Shown: positions 7,766-19,769, numbered from the stretch's first letter. The stretch is DNA of 64,000 nucleotides from Thermodesulfobacteriota bacterium (GCA_040755455.1 JBFMAY010000007.1:35898-99897), one strand, 5' to 3'. Numbers and translations are program-made. Notes: generated by a model from the sequence alone, not told the origin.

Positions 7766-9628
7766 TCAGTTTGTTTTAATGGCCACCGTGTGCCGTTTTC
7801 CCCCGCGCAGGCGGTGAAAAAGGAGGGGCTGTTCCCTGTGTTTTGCGGCCTGCTCGACCAGGGCGGCGAGCTCATTCGCACTGTTTACCGGGTGACTGTT
7901 TACTTCGAGGATGAGATCTCCTGCCGATAAATCGGACTGCCAGCCGCCTGGTTGCGCGGCGAAAACCAACACCCCTGCAGCGTCTTGATTGGTCCTGAAG
8001 CCGGAGCGGAGTTCGTCGGTGAGGGTGGCAAGCCGGAGGGTGTGCTCGCCGACAGCGAGGTCCACCGGCTGATAGAGGACCTGGTCCATCAGCAGGGCCA
8101 GCGGCGTGGTCCCCCGTATTGACCGAAGTCCGTCAGAGACGGACGGCGCATTTGCTTCACCAAAAGTGAGCTGCAGCAATTTCCGCTCCCCTTTGCGGAA
8201 GATTGTCAGCGCAAGAGTGTCATTGGCAACCTTGGTCCCCAGCTGTCGATCCGCCGATTGCAACTCCGCCGTCCTGCCCTCGACTTCAAGGATCACATCT
8301 CCGGCTGAAAGTCCGCCAGCCTCCGCCGGACTGGCCGGGGTGACATCCCTGATAAAAAGACCATGGGTGCTTGGCATGCCGAGGGAGCGGGCGAGTTCCC
8401 CTGTTATTTCCTCGTAGGTGATCCCCAGCCAGCCGGGCCGGATATGGAGCAGATTGGCCAGCGACCAGTCGATCCTTTCCCGGATTGGCGAATTGACAAA
8501 ATAGCTATCCACAAGCTCTTCCTGCCGTAACTGCAGCCGCGCGGTTCGGTATCTTTCCACGGCAAGCGGGTGGTTGCCGCTCAGCTCGGCAAGGTAAGCC
8601 GTTAATGCCAGCAGCTTGGGTCCGTTATTGTTCTGGTCCCAGTTCTGCCCCTCGCCCGCCCACTCGAGCATGCCCAGCACCTCTGCCGGCTGGAAGCGTT
8701 GCAGAAGGTTCTGCAGCTTTTGGCCAAAACGTTCATCAGGATAGTAGAAGCCGGAAATCTCGCTGAGGATCATATGCTGCTGTTTTTCAGCAAGGGGGAC
8801 GTTGTGCCGCCAGGATGCAATCATATCGCCGATAAGCAGGATATCGGCTCCCTCGACAGAGGTGGCGCGCAGCCAGTCAAAACGATGCTGCTGGACATAG
8901 TCCTGATGCCTGCCATCCTTCATGGCCATGGCGAAATGTTGCTCCGCGGCCTCGAGATTATTGCCGGCCTCCTGGCGCCATGTGTTGTCCAGCAAGCTCT
9001 CCGCCCAGAAAACATGGGCAAAGACATTATCGGCATCCAGGGCTACAGCCCGCTGGAAGTACTCCTCAATGGGAAATTCTTTATTCTGCGCAGATCGCCG
9101 CAACTTGTTGGCCAGGCCGATATGGGCCAGGGCATCGGCGGCTCGCACCGGGTCGGCATCCACTGCGCCGCGATACAGGACCGGCAGCAATGATTCGTTT
9201 TTTTTCTGATCCCCTTCTTTTAAGCCGCGGCGGACCAGCATCATGGCCACGGCGACCTGTCTTTCGCCGGCGGCCCGTGATCCGGGTTGCAGCGCAATCG
9301 CCTGCTCGACCAGTTGCAGGGCGCTGTCGAGATCGCCGTACTCGATCTGCATGTCCGCCGCCTTGACCAGTTTCTGCACAGCCTCGGAGCGCTCCCGGGA
9401 TGCCTGCAGCAGGCCGTGGAACTGAATGGAGCCGGCGATCAGTGAGAGCAGGGCCGTCACTGCGCCGATCCACTTCAGGGCCGTGCCGAGAAATTTCCAG
9501 CGCGCCCCTGATTGGGGCGATCCGCACTGGGGGCAGATCCTCGCCTCGCGCTGGATCTGTTCCCGGCAGGCGATACAGGCTTTGCGCTGCTCGGCGCGGT
9601 TGGTTTCGGTTTCAGTGGAGTCAGTCAT
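7766..9628 (-). CDS. Zn-ribbon / TM / TPR / double-PDZ protein
   Basis: CIAC...CPQCG, one TM helix, TPR-like helices, GWLGI...SPAEAGGLSAGDVILEV and a second GDLILEVN PDZ. Confidence 0.75.
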   Translation of the reverse strand: MTDSTETETNRAEQRKACIACREQIQREARICPQCGSPQSGARWKFLGTALKWIGAVTALLSLIAGSIQFHGLLQASRERSEAVQKLVKAADMQIEYGDLDSALQLVEQAIALQPGSRAAGERQVAVAMMLVRRGLKEGDQKKNESLLPVLYRGAVDADPVRAADALAHIGLANKLRRSAQNKEFPIEEYFQRAVALDADNVFAHVFWAESLLDNTWRQEAGNNLEAAEQHFAMAMKDGRHQDYVQQHRFDWLRATSVEGADILLIGDMIASWRHNVPLAEKQQHMILSEISGFYYPDERFGQKLQNLLQRFQPAEVLGMLEWAGEGQNWDQNNNGPKLLALTAYLAELSGNHPLAVERYRTARLQLRQEELVDSYFVNSPIRERIDWSLANLLHIRPGWLGITYEEITGELARSLGMPSTHGLFIRDVTPASPAEAGGLSAGDVILEVEGRTAELQSADRQLGTKVANDTLALTIFRKGERKLLQLTFGEANAPSVSDGLRSIRGTTPLALLMDQVLYQPVDLAVGEHTLRLATLTDELRSGFRTNQDAAGVLVFAAQPGGWQSDLSAGDLILEVNSHPVNSANELAALVEQAAKHREQPLLFHRLRGGKRHTVAIKTN

Positions 9629-9906
9629 AACGTATCTCCGGAAATGGTGAGGTCAGCAGGGACCGCCCCTCATCTGCGCCTGGGCGACAGCTGTGTCCTT
9701 CTGTTCCTCAGCCGGCAAGGGTATTGGCCGGTTCATCGCGCCATCTGGTTTTCATATCACAGATCCGGTTTTGTTGGCAGCATTTATTTATCAATGGGGG
9801 TCAAAACAGGGGGGGCGGATCGTTGCCGTGCTCATGTTGAAGGCGGGGAGGCATGCATGCTTCCCCCTTCTGCGCGATGAAGGAAAGAGATTCGGTGATG
9901 GTTCGC

Positions 9907-9944
9907 AAAAAAAGGGCCGGCACCTCATTGGCGATGCCGGCCCT
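9907..9944 (-). terminator. Intrinsic terminator of the rhodanese gene
   Basis: GGGCCGGCA/TGCCGGCCC stem with U-tract on the minus strand. Confidence 0.75.
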
Positions 9945-9999
9945 GTCAGCTCATGCAGGCGAACTGTTTATTGCCTTCAGCTGGGGATTACAGGAATGA

Positions 10000-11319
10000 T
10001 CATGGCTTGATGATTTCGCAGTCACATGCCGCATCACTGATGTTGAGCAGCAGGAACTTCACATTGAAACCGTTATTAACCAGTTCCTTGTACGCCATAT
10101 CCGCTCGGTCACCGGTGGAGCAGTGGACATAGATTTTTTTATCCTTGGGCAGCTCGTTCATCCTGTTTGGCAGTTCATCAAGGGGGATGTTGATGGTATT
10201 CTTGAACATGCCAAGCTCCGCAACTTCCTCTTTGGTCCGGGCATCAACGATAATCGCATCCTTGTCTTCTCCTGAAGCGGCCTTTCTGAAGTCCTCAACC
10301 GATACTTCTCCTTTGCCAATCTTGCGGACCCATTTGATCTCGGTGTTAAAGATCGGGCCCTTTTCGATGGCCTCACCGGATGCAACCCAACCGTTAAACC
10401 CGCCCTCCACAAGAGAAACAAAATTAAAGCCCTCTTCGCGCAGGTCCTTGACCGCATCCATTACCTCGTTTTCTCCATAAAGAATAATTGGCGCGTTACG
10501 GGGAACATCGTCAAGCCTGTCTTCGAGGTCCGCGTATGGCACACTGTAAGCGCCCTTGATGCGTCCTTCCACCGCTTTCTCGCTTGACCGGATATCAACA
10601 AGCACAACATTGCCGTTTTTAATGAAATCCCGGGTTGAATAAGTGGGCAGATTAGCCTTGGACCAGGCAGGTTCACCATCAAGGTATACGCGGATGTTTT
10701 TATAACCTAAATTTTTCGCCAGACCGGCGGAAGTAGTTGACATGCCTCACGTGGGACCTCCGCAGTAAAAAACCAGCGGTTGATTTTTGTCCGGTGGCAG
10801 CAAACCCGCCTGCTTTTCCTGCAAGAGTGGAACGGGAATTGATAACGCGCCGGGAAGATGAGATTGTCCATACCTGGGGGCGGGACGCGCGTCCACCAGA
10901 AACAGATCAGTGCGGTTTTTTATCAGTTCCTGCATCTCAGCTGTTTTTATTTCCGTGACCCCCTCAGGCAATTTAGCCAGTTTTGGCTTGATTTCCGTGG
11001 CATATTTATTGGTCCCCCGCATTTCAAACTTGATGATCGCGGCGTGTCCCTTGGCGGCATGTTCAACGCCCTTGGTCTGGTCGTCAAACATGAGCATTAT
11101 GGTTTTTGCCTGATCGCCTTTGCCTACTTCAATGGAAACAGTTTTCGCCTTCTCCGATTTCCCTACGATCTCACCTGTGTAGACATTCTCTTCTTTTTGC
11201 TCTGCTTGTTGGGCTTGCGGCGCCGCAGTTTGTTTTTGCCCTTGATTTGCGGCGCAACCGAAATTGGTCAGGGCCACCATCAGGCACAATGGTATGAGTT
11301 TTAGAATTTTTTTTCTCAT
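10000..11319 (-). CDS. Selenocysteine-containing multi-rhodanese lipoprotein (439 aa, Sec at codon 191)
   Basis: Two track ORFs share a frame, joined by TGA-GGC (YCGGPT-U-GMS); SECIS-like hairpin downstream; lipobox FGC; three rhodanese domains, the last with HCSTGDRA. Confidence 0.88.
10715..10732 (-). promoter_or_regulatory. Bacterial SECIS element
   Basis: TTCCGCC-GGTCT-GGCGAA hairpin starting about 15 nt 3' of the in-frame UGA; GGUCU apex resembles the fdhF SECIS. Confidence 0.8.
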
Positions 11320-11835
11320 GAAGAATCTCCTTTAAGTGTTGGGTAAAAAAACTCAGTGCATTAATTCATAATTTTTATGATATGGAAAAGTGAATGATCC
11401 GTATAGTTATTTTTACTAGTTTTTTTTATAAAAAATACGGGAGGGGGCATGGGATTGCGTTATGGTTGCATAGGGCTTATGGACTACATGCTTGCAGCCG
11501 TCAAATCCGGCCGGCAAGAAGCTCTGCCCAGTTGATGAACAACGGGTCGAAGTCGCCAGGAAAAAGAGCTTTATTTCTTTTTGCCATTGTGGTAGGGCAT
11601 GCAAAAAAACAGCGGCAATATCTCGGCCATCCCGTTTCATGCGTCTGGGTTTCCTGCCCTGACCCGCAGAGGCTCCGGTAACTGTTTTTATGCGGGCCGC
11701 GGGGGCCTTTATCATCCTTGCTGTAAAAAATGGATAGAGTGCACATGAGAAAAAACGTACAGGTAGACTCGGGTTTGTTCTCCCTGGGAAGCCGCGATGA
11801 TGCCTGGGGTCTCAGCCGGGAGTCATGGGGCTGAT

Positions 11836-12333
11836 ATGCATTTCCCAGCCCAATATTTCCGCGCCGGGGTTGGCGCGGTTATTACCAATGCCCAGGGGCT
11901 CATCCTTGCCCTGGAACGGGCCGATATCCCTGATGCCTGGCAACTGCCGCAAGGGGGACTGGAGGCGGTTGAGGAACCACTGCAGGCGGCCTTCAGGGAG
12001 ATTGCCGAGGAAACAGCCATCCCGGCAGGTGAACTGCAGCTTTTGCAGGCAAGCCCGGAACTGCTCGTCTATGAACTGCCCCCTGCCGCCCGGAACGTAA
12101 AAACAGGGCGCGGCCAGGTGCAATACTGGTTTTTATTCAGCTTCAGCGGCCGTGACGAGGTAATTGATGTGGGGAGCGGTGGTGAATTCCGCAGCTGGCA
12201 GTGGATGCCTTTTGCAAGCCTGGTGGAGGCGGCGGCGGATTTCCGCAAGCCGGTCTACCGGCGGCTGATGAGACAATTCCGCTGCTGTTTCCCCAGGCTG
12301 GAAGCCGCGGTGCCGGATTGCTCCGCTACTTGA
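11836..12333 (+). CDS. NUDIX hydrolase, RppH-like
   Basis: FRAGVG, WQLPQGG...AAFREIAEET Nudix box, GQVQYWF, EFRSWQW. Confidence 0.85.
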   Translation: MHFPAQYFRAGVGAVITNAQGLILALERADIPDAWQLPQGGLEAVEEPLQAAFREIAEETAIPAGELQLLQASPELLVYELPPAARNVKTGRGQVQYWFLFSFSGRDEVIDVGSGGEFRSWQWMPFASLVEAAADFRKPVYRRLMRQFRCCFPRLEAAVPDCSAT

Positions 12334-12527
12334 TAACCTCTCGGTATTTTTATCTGATTATTGAACCTTCCTTTACCTTCATTCGGATTTCTGCCATAAT
12401 CTTCATATTCCAAGGATTATCCACCAGTAAAATTCTGCTATCAACCGGTCAAGATCATCCAGCGTCCGGGGTACTCTTGCTGCATGATTCCCTTACGGCT
12501 CAGAATTATGCAGAGGAGCGAAAAAAA

Positions 12528-13070
12528 ATGAAAACAGTTCTCGCGCACATAGAAGAGATATATGAAAAGTGGACCAGCGCCTGCTGCATTGTGGTTGCTG
12601 CAATCGTGCTGGTGATTGACTATTCCGCCGGCAAGGCGGTACAGTTCCCGATACTTTACATTCTCCCGGTGGGGTTGGCAGCCTGGAACAACAAAAAAGC
12701 CACGGCATACGGATTAGTCGTTCTCCTTCCCCTGGCGCGGGTTCTTTTTAATTTCCCATGGCAGACAACAGAGACCATGCCTGTGGCCGTGGTTAATGCG
12801 GGGATAAGAGTCATTGTCTTGGGGATCTATGCGTATCTGCTTGACAGAACCGCATCGCAGACAAGGCAGTTACAGAAGGAGATAAAGGTGTTGGAAGGTA
12901 TTCTGTCCATATGCTCGTCATGCAAGAGAATCCGCAATGAACAAGGTGAATATGAGCGGATGGAAAAGTATGTTACCAGGCACTCGGAGGCCACCTTCAG
13001 TCACGGGATCTGTGATGAGTGCGCAAAGAGATTGTATCCTGAGTATTTCAGCGGGGATACGAATGAATGA
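12528..13070 (+). CDS. Membrane sensor protein with C-terminal CxxC...HGICxxC domain
   Basis: About four TM helices, coiled coil, then ILSICSSCKRIR...SHGICDEC. Confidence 0.75.
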   Translation: MKTVLAHIEEIYEKWTSACCIVVAAIVLVIDYSAGKAVQFPILYILPVGLAAWNNKKATAYGLVVLLPLARVLFNFPWQTTETMPVAVVNAGIRVIVLGIYAYLLDRTASQTRQLQKEIKVLEGILSICSSCKRIRNEQGEYERMEKYVTRHSEATFSHGICDECAKRLYPEYFSGDTNE

Positions 13071-13241
13071 TGAAGCACCGGCCGGGGGATTTTTCTTCTG
13101 TTGTTGCTTATAAAATATGAGCGTTCACCGGGCGAAACTGCTAAGCTGCGGCATGTAAATGATAATGATGTTATGCAATCCGGTGCACCTGCGGATATAA
13201 GTCCTGCCTGGGACGATGATGCCGCAAAACCGCCAAATATC

Positions 13242-13904
13242 ATGATGAAAAATAAGAGTGCAGATGAGGGGCCGCGGAAAGTGCTTGAGCAATTACCGGA
13301 TACGTCCGGGAAAGCCGAGGCCTTGTATCGCAGCCTTTTTGAAAACAACCATTCAATCATGTTGCTTATTGATCCCGGGGACGGTGACATCATGGATGCC
13401 AACCTGGCCGCCTGTAATTATTATGGCTACTCGCGGGATGAAATGACCAGCATGAAGATAACGGATATCAATACCCTGTCCCCGGAGGAGGTTCATGAGG
13501 AGATGCGCAATGCCAAGCTGGAGAAACGTAACTATTTCAACTTCCGGCACAGGCTTGCAGACGGGAGGATAAGAGATGTCGAGGTTTTCAGCGGTCCGGT
13601 ATTCATCAATAACGAAAAGTTGCTGTATTCGATCATCCATGACATCTCAGACCGGAAAAAAATTGAAGAGGAAAAAGAACAACTCATTGAAAAACTGACA
13701 AAGGCCCTCGATGAAATCAAGACGCTCAAGGGCATCCTGCCCATCTGCTCGTCATGCAAAAAAATCCGGGATGACAAGGGATATTGGCAGCAGATCGAGG
13801 CTTACATAAGGCAGCATTCCGGCGCTGAATTCACTCACGGCATCTGCCCGGCTTGTGCCAGGAAGCTGTATCCTGACCTTGATCTTGCTGCTAAGCCGTT
13901 GTAA
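13242..13904 (+). CDS. PAS-domain protein with C-terminal CxxC...HGICxxC domain
   Basis: YRSLFE...DANLAACNYYGYS...HDISDRK PAS, then LPICSSCKKIRDD...THGICPAC; start uncertain (13101-13245). Confidence 0.8.
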   Translation: MMKNKSADEGPRKVLEQLPDTSGKAEALYRSLFENNHSIMLLIDPGDGDIMDANLAACNYYGYSRDEMTSMKITDINTLSPEEVHEEMRNAKLEKRNYFNFRHRLADGRIRDVEVFSGPVFINNEKLLYSIIHDISDRKKIEEEKEQLIEKLTKALDEIKTLKGILPICSSCKKIRDDKGYWQQIEAYIRQHSGAEFTHGICPACARKLYPDLDLAAKPL

Positions 13905-13941
13905 AAAACAACATGGTCATGCTGATAACCGAAACGGCATG

Positions 13942-13994
13942 AGGAGCTGTAAAGAAACAGGCAGAATTGTACAAGTTATTTCGTAACGGCTCCT
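13942..13994. repeat. 53-bp palindromic repeat (REP/MITE-like), copy 1
   Basis: AGGAGCTGTAAAGAAA...TTTCGTAACGGCTCCT. Confidence 0.75.
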
Positions 13995-14047
13995 CAGTAA
14001 TTTATTGCCGGTGCAGGGCGCCTGTTTGGAGCAAAATGGCCCACGTC

Positions 14048-14401
14048 ATGAATGGTGAAACCAATCTCTTTAAACCAACCGAGCTTTTCAGCCGCAAACT
14101 TGACCAGATAAAAGACAGTGATCCGCCCGGCTATGGCCGCATCATGAAGGTGATCGACAGATTGCTTGCCGATCCTGATGATGCGGACGGCAAGATGCAT
14201 GGCGCCTACCGGGGCCGCTTCAAGAAGTATGTCGGCCGCCGGGACTACCGGATCATCTATTACTGGTGCAGGCGGTGCCGTAAGGAAAATGAGCGGCTGG
14301 AGAAGGATTGTGAAAACTGTCAGGCAATCCCGGACAACAGTGTCATCTTTTTTGATCTCTACCACAAAAAAGACATGAAAAAGTTCAAAAAGCATAACTG
14401 A
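14048..14401 (+). CDS. RelE/ParE-like protein with inserted CxxC-CxxC zinc finger
   Basis: FSRKL...[13 protein letters not shown]...[12 protein letters not shown]...VIFFDLYHK pattern with CRRC...CENC insert; start 14036 or 14048. Confidence 0.6.
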   Translation: MNGETNLFKPTELFSRKLDQIKDSDPPGYGRIMKVIDRLLADPDDADGKMHGAYRGRFKKYVGRRDYRIIYYWCRRCRKENERLEKDCENCQAIPDNSVIFFDLYHKKDMKKFKKHN

Positions 14402-14442
14402 GGGCTGCCCGGCCCTTGGTTCATTTTTTGCTCGACACAGCC

Positions 14443-15846
<1,404 letters not shown>

Positions 15847-16053
15847 CAGCGGCATGTCTGTGCAGGACCTTCCTGCCGTTGCGGCAGGCGCAGGTTGTCA
15901 GGGCCTGGGTGGCAATGAAAACCGCACCCTGCAAAAAAAATCCAAGCCGGGCAACAAGTTGTTTTTTTTAAGAATTCACGGAGGTTGACTGCGAGGGCGC
16001 GGGCATTATTATTGCAGTCAAAAAGTTGTGAGGCATGCCCTGTGGAGAAGATC

Positions 16054-17139
16054 ATGAAAAAGAAAGTTCTGGTAGTGGACAACAATAAGCTTGTCGTTCG
16101 CCTTTTGACCGCTTTTTTGCAGCAGAATGGCTATGTTGTCGCCGCCGCGGAAGACGGCCTGTCGGCCCTGGATCAGCTGGAGGTCTTCCGGCCGGACATC
16201 ATGCTGGTCGACTTGATAATGCCGCAGATAAACGGCGAAAAACTCTGCCGCATTATCCGCAAGATGCCGGAGCATGATCCCATCTTTATCATCATCATCT
16301 CGGCCATAGCCGCGGAAGAGAAGGTCGATTTCCTTTCATTCGGGGCCAATGCCTGTATTGCCAAAGGTCCGGCCAAACAAATGCATGAGAACCTTGCCAC
16401 CGTTCTGCACCATTATGAAAATGATAATATCGATCTGTTGGGTAAAAAGATTTTCGGGGAAGAAAACATTTTTGAACGTGACATCACCAAGGAGCTTCTT
16501 GCCACCAAAAAGCATCTGGAGATCACTCTGAATAATATGGATGAGGGGCTGGTGGAGTTGAATTCCCAAGCCCATGTCATTTTTGCCAATCCTGTTTCCT
16601 TTAAACTGCTGGGCCTGCCGGAGGAAAAGGTGCTTTCGGAATTTTTCCCGAATTTTTTTGCCAGGGAGGACCGGCAGCGCATTGCCGGACTGCTTGAAAA
16701 GCAGGATGAAAACATCGTTGAGGTGGGGGAAGAGGTGCCGATCTCCCTGCATGGCAACTATCTGCTGTTGAAATTTGTGCCCTTTCATGATCAGGGCCGC
16801 AAGTACATCATTGCCATGATGCACAATATCACCAGGCGCAAGCAGGCGGAGCTGGACCTGATCCATCACAAGGAGAACCTCGAGGAAATGGTGCAGGACC
16901 GCACCGCCACCTTGGAGGAGCTGAATGTTGAACTGGAAGATGCCCTCTGTAAAGTGAAAACCCTGAGCGGTCTGCTGCCCATCTGTGCCTCGTGCAAGAA
17001 AATCCGGGATGATCAGGGATACTGGAATCAGATCGAGCTGTTCATCCGGGATCATTCCTTTGCTGAATTCAGCCATGGCATCTGTCCTGAGTGCGCCAGA
17101 AAGCTCTATCCTGAACTTGATATTTTTGAGGATAAATGA
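16054..17139 (+). CDS. REC-PAS protein with C-terminal CxxC...HGICxxC domain
   Basis: VLVVDN...DLIMP receiver, PAS, coiled coil, LPICASCKKIRDDQGYW...SHGICPEC. Confidence 0.85.
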   Translation: MKKKVLVVDNNKLVVRLLTAFLQQNGYVVAAAEDGLSALDQLEVFRPDIMLVDLIMPQINGEKLCRIIRKMPEHDPIFIIIISAIAAEEKVDFLSFGANACIAKGPAKQMHENLATVLHHYENDNIDLLGKKIFGEENIFERDITKELLATKKHLEITLNNMDEGLVELNSQAHVIFANPVSFKLLGLPEEKVLSEFFPNFFAREDRQRIAGLLEKQDENIVEVGEEVPISLHGNYLLLKFVPFHDQGRKYIIAMMHNITRRKQAELDLIHHKENLEEMVQDRTATLEELNVELEDALCKVKTLSGLLPICASCKKIRDDQGYWNQIELFIRDHSFAEFSHGICPECARKLYPELDIFEDK

Positions 17140-17275
17140 GGCAATCCCATGGTCGGGCAGTATGAGCCGGGCAACGATTACGGCGCTGAAAATATTTTCC
17201 CGTTAACCTCATGATTTGCCGGGGTCAAATCGTATTCGATAGATAATCGAAGGGAAATATGGTCAATAAAATATC

Positions 17276-17330
17276 TTGACAATATTTGTTACTTGGTGCA
17301 GTATTTTCTTAAATAAGAATAAATCTTAAT
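17276..17330 (+). promoter_or_regulatory. Sigma70-like promoter with putative PerR/Fur box
   Basis: TTGACA at 17276; imperfect palindrome AATAAGAATAAATCTTAAT at 17312-17330 just before the regulator start. Confidence 0.55.
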
Positions 17331-17341
17331 AGGGTCCGGCT

Positions 17342-17800
17342 GTGCTGAACAGGAAAGAGACGAAGGAATTATTGGCCTCAAGAATGGCAATGTTTGAACA
17401 AGCCTGCCAGCAGGCAGGCCTGAAGCTTACCCACCAGCGGCTGGAGATCTTCAGAGAGCTGGCCACGGCAACCGACCATCCCTCGGCGGAAACTTTACAC
17501 CGGCGTTTGCGGCAGCGTATGCCGACTCTTTCCCTGGATACGGTTTACAGAACATTGGCCTCTCTGGAACAAAAGGGTCTCATTACCCGGGTCAAAACAG
17601 GGGAAAGCCAGGCCAGATTCGAGGCGGAACAGAGACAGCACCATCATCTCGTTTGTGAGAGATGCCATGAGATCATTGATTTCCAGTGGCAAACCTTTGA
17701 TGATTCGCTCCTGCCCGATGAAATTTTGCAATGGGGAAGAATCAAGAGCAAAAATGCCATTCTGCAGGGCCTCTGCAGCAAATGCCTCGATGCGGTTTAA
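17342..17800 (+). CDS. perR: Fur-family peroxide-responsive repressor (PerR-like)
   Basis: GLKLTHQR, HPSAE, SLDTVYRTL, HHHLVCERC...GLCSKC; adjacent to catalase. Confidence 0.8.
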   Translation: MLNRKETKELLASRMAMFEQACQQAGLKLTHQRLEIFRELATATDHPSAETLHRRLRQRMPTLSLDTVYRTLASLEQKGLITRVKTGESQARFEAEQRQHHHLVCERCHEIIDFQWQTFDDSLLPDEILQWGRIKSKNAILQGLCSKCLDAV

Positions 17801-17984
17801 CGATTTTTCGCGGTTCATTTTTTTTGGCCTATAATCCGTAAAAATTCTTAGGTAGTTAAATTTATTACTTCTGACAAAAAAGTGTATATTTTTTTGTTTA
17901 TCGTTCTGCTTTAATAAGAGAAGATGTCAGGTAGTTGTTCGAAAACGCAATGACATGAACCATCAAATGAAAAAGGAGGCAGTT

Positions 17985-19493
17985 ATGTCCGAAAAAAAAA
18001 TCCTTACCAGCAATTTCGGCTCGCCGGTGGGAAATGATCTCAACACATTAACGGCAGGCCCGAAAGGCCCTGCGCTCATGCAGGATGTCCATCTCCTGGA
18101 GAAGCTCGCCCATTTTGATCGGGAACGAATTCCTGAACGTGTTGTTCATGCCAAGGGAGCCGGCGCCTACGGTTATTTTGAGGTGACCAATGATGTCAGC
18201 AGGTATACCAAGGCCAAATTCCTCTCCAAGGTGGGGAAGAAAACAGATCTGTTTGTTCGTTTTTCCACCGTGGGCGGCGAAAAGGGCTCGGCCGATTCCG
18301 AACGCGACCCCCGCGGCTTTGCCGTGAAGTTCTATACGGAAGAGGGTAATTATGACATGGTCGGCAATAACACCCCGGTCTTCTTCATCCGCGATCCCCT
18401 GAAATTCCCCGACTTCATCCATACCCAGAAGCGGCATCCTGGCACCAATCTCAAGGATGCCGATATGTTCTGGGATTTTCTTTCCCTGACGCCCGAGTCC
18501 ATCCACCAGGTGACCATTCTCTTTTCCGACCGCGGCACGCCGCGGACCTATCGCCACATGAACGGCTACAGCAGCCATACCTACAAATGGTATAATGAAA
18601 GGGGTGAATATGTCTGGGTGCAGTACCATTTCAAGACCGAACAGGGCATCGCCAATTTCACCGGCGAGGAGGCGGACCGCATGCGTTCGGTCGATGCCGA
18701 TTGTGCCACCCGTGACCTCCACGAGGCCATAGTCCGGGCTGAGTTTCCCTCCTGGCGGCTTGAGGTGCAGATCATGACCCCGGAACAGGCAAAGGATTAC
18801 CGCTTTGATCCGTTTGACATCACCAAGGTGTGGCCCCATGCCGATTTTCCCCCTCTGGATGTGGGCCGCATGGTGCTGAACCGCAACCCGGACAACTATT
18901 TTGCCGAGGTGGAGCAGTCCGCCTTCTCACCGGGTAATTTCGTGCCAGGCATCGGGCCGTCCCCGGATAAGATGCTGCAGGGCCGGCTTTTCAGCTATCA
19001 CGATACCCATCGCCATCGTCTCGGGGCCAACTATCATCTGCTGCCGGTCAACTCCGCCAAGGGTTGTCCGATGCACAATTACCAGCGCGACGGCTTCATG
19101 CGTTCTGACAACAACGGCGGCGGCAGTGCCAATTACTGGCCCAACAGTTTCGGCGGGCCGCAGCCCGATCCCGTGGGCACGGAACCGGCATTTGCCTTGA
19201 CCGGTATGGCTGACCGCCATGCCTATGCGCTGGTCGATGACGACTTTGTCCAGGCGGGTGATCTGTATCGCAAGGTCATGAAGGACGGAGACAGAGCCAA
19301 CCTGGTGAAAAATATTGTCGGCCATCTGCAAAACGCCCGGACTCGCATCCAGTTGCGCCAGGCAGCGCTTTTTTATAAGGCGGACCCGGATTACGGCACC
19401 AGGGTGGCACAGGGACTGGGGCTTGCGGTGGAAGAGGTGAAAAAGCTTGCCGCCATGTCGCAGGAGGAACGGGTGCAGGCAACAGCGGCCTGA
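17985..19493 (+). CDS. katA: Monofunctional heme catalase
   Basis: [24 protein letters not shown] and RLFSYHDTH signatures; AGGAGG RBS. Confidence 0.96.
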   Translation: MSEKKILTSNFGSPVGNDLNTLTAGPKGPALMQDVHLLEKLAHFDRERIPERVVHAKGAGAYGYFEVTNDVSRYTKAKFLSKVGKKTDLFVRFSTVGGEKGSADSERDPRGFAVKFYTEEGNYDMVGNNTPVFFIRDPLKFPDFIHTQKRHPGTNLKDADMFWDFLSLTPESIHQVTILFSDRGTPRTYRHMNGYSSHTYKWYNERGEYVWVQYHFKTEQGIANFTGEEADRMRSVDADCATRDLHEAIVRAEFPSWRLEVQIMTPEQAKDYRFDPFDITKVWPHADFPPLDVGRMVLNRNPDNYFAEVEQSAFSPGNFVPGIGPSPDKMLQGRLFSYHDTHRHRLGANYHLLPVNSAKGCPMHNYQRDGFMRSDNNGGGSANYWPNSFGGPQPDPVGTEPAFALTGMADRHAYALVDDDFVQAGDLYRKVMKDGDRANLVKNIVGHLQNARTRIQLRQAALFYKADPDYGTRVAQGLGLAVEEVKKLAAMSQEERVQATAA

Positions 19494-19769
19494 AGAAGCT
19501 GACGGCCCGGGCTGAACTTTTGCGCTGCCGCAGGTTCGGGATGCCGGCGGCAGCTCTTTTGGGCAGGGGAGGGTTGCCCCGGATGCTGCTTCCGCTCAAC
19601 TGATTCCCGGCCGCCAGCAAAGGTTGGTTCTGATTGCGCGGCATGCTGTTCCCTTTTTCATAAAGTGTGCTATGATGGGTTGCATAACCTCCTGTCGCAT
19701 TCTGAGGGCAGGGGTGGCAGGGCTAAGCAGAGTGATTGAAAAATACAGGAAGCCGGAGGCTTGGTGCCC

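Noticed and set aside
11445..11460. Sigma54 promoter-like GGCATGGGATTGC
   Set aside because: GG-to-GC spacing is one base short of the -24/-12 consensus
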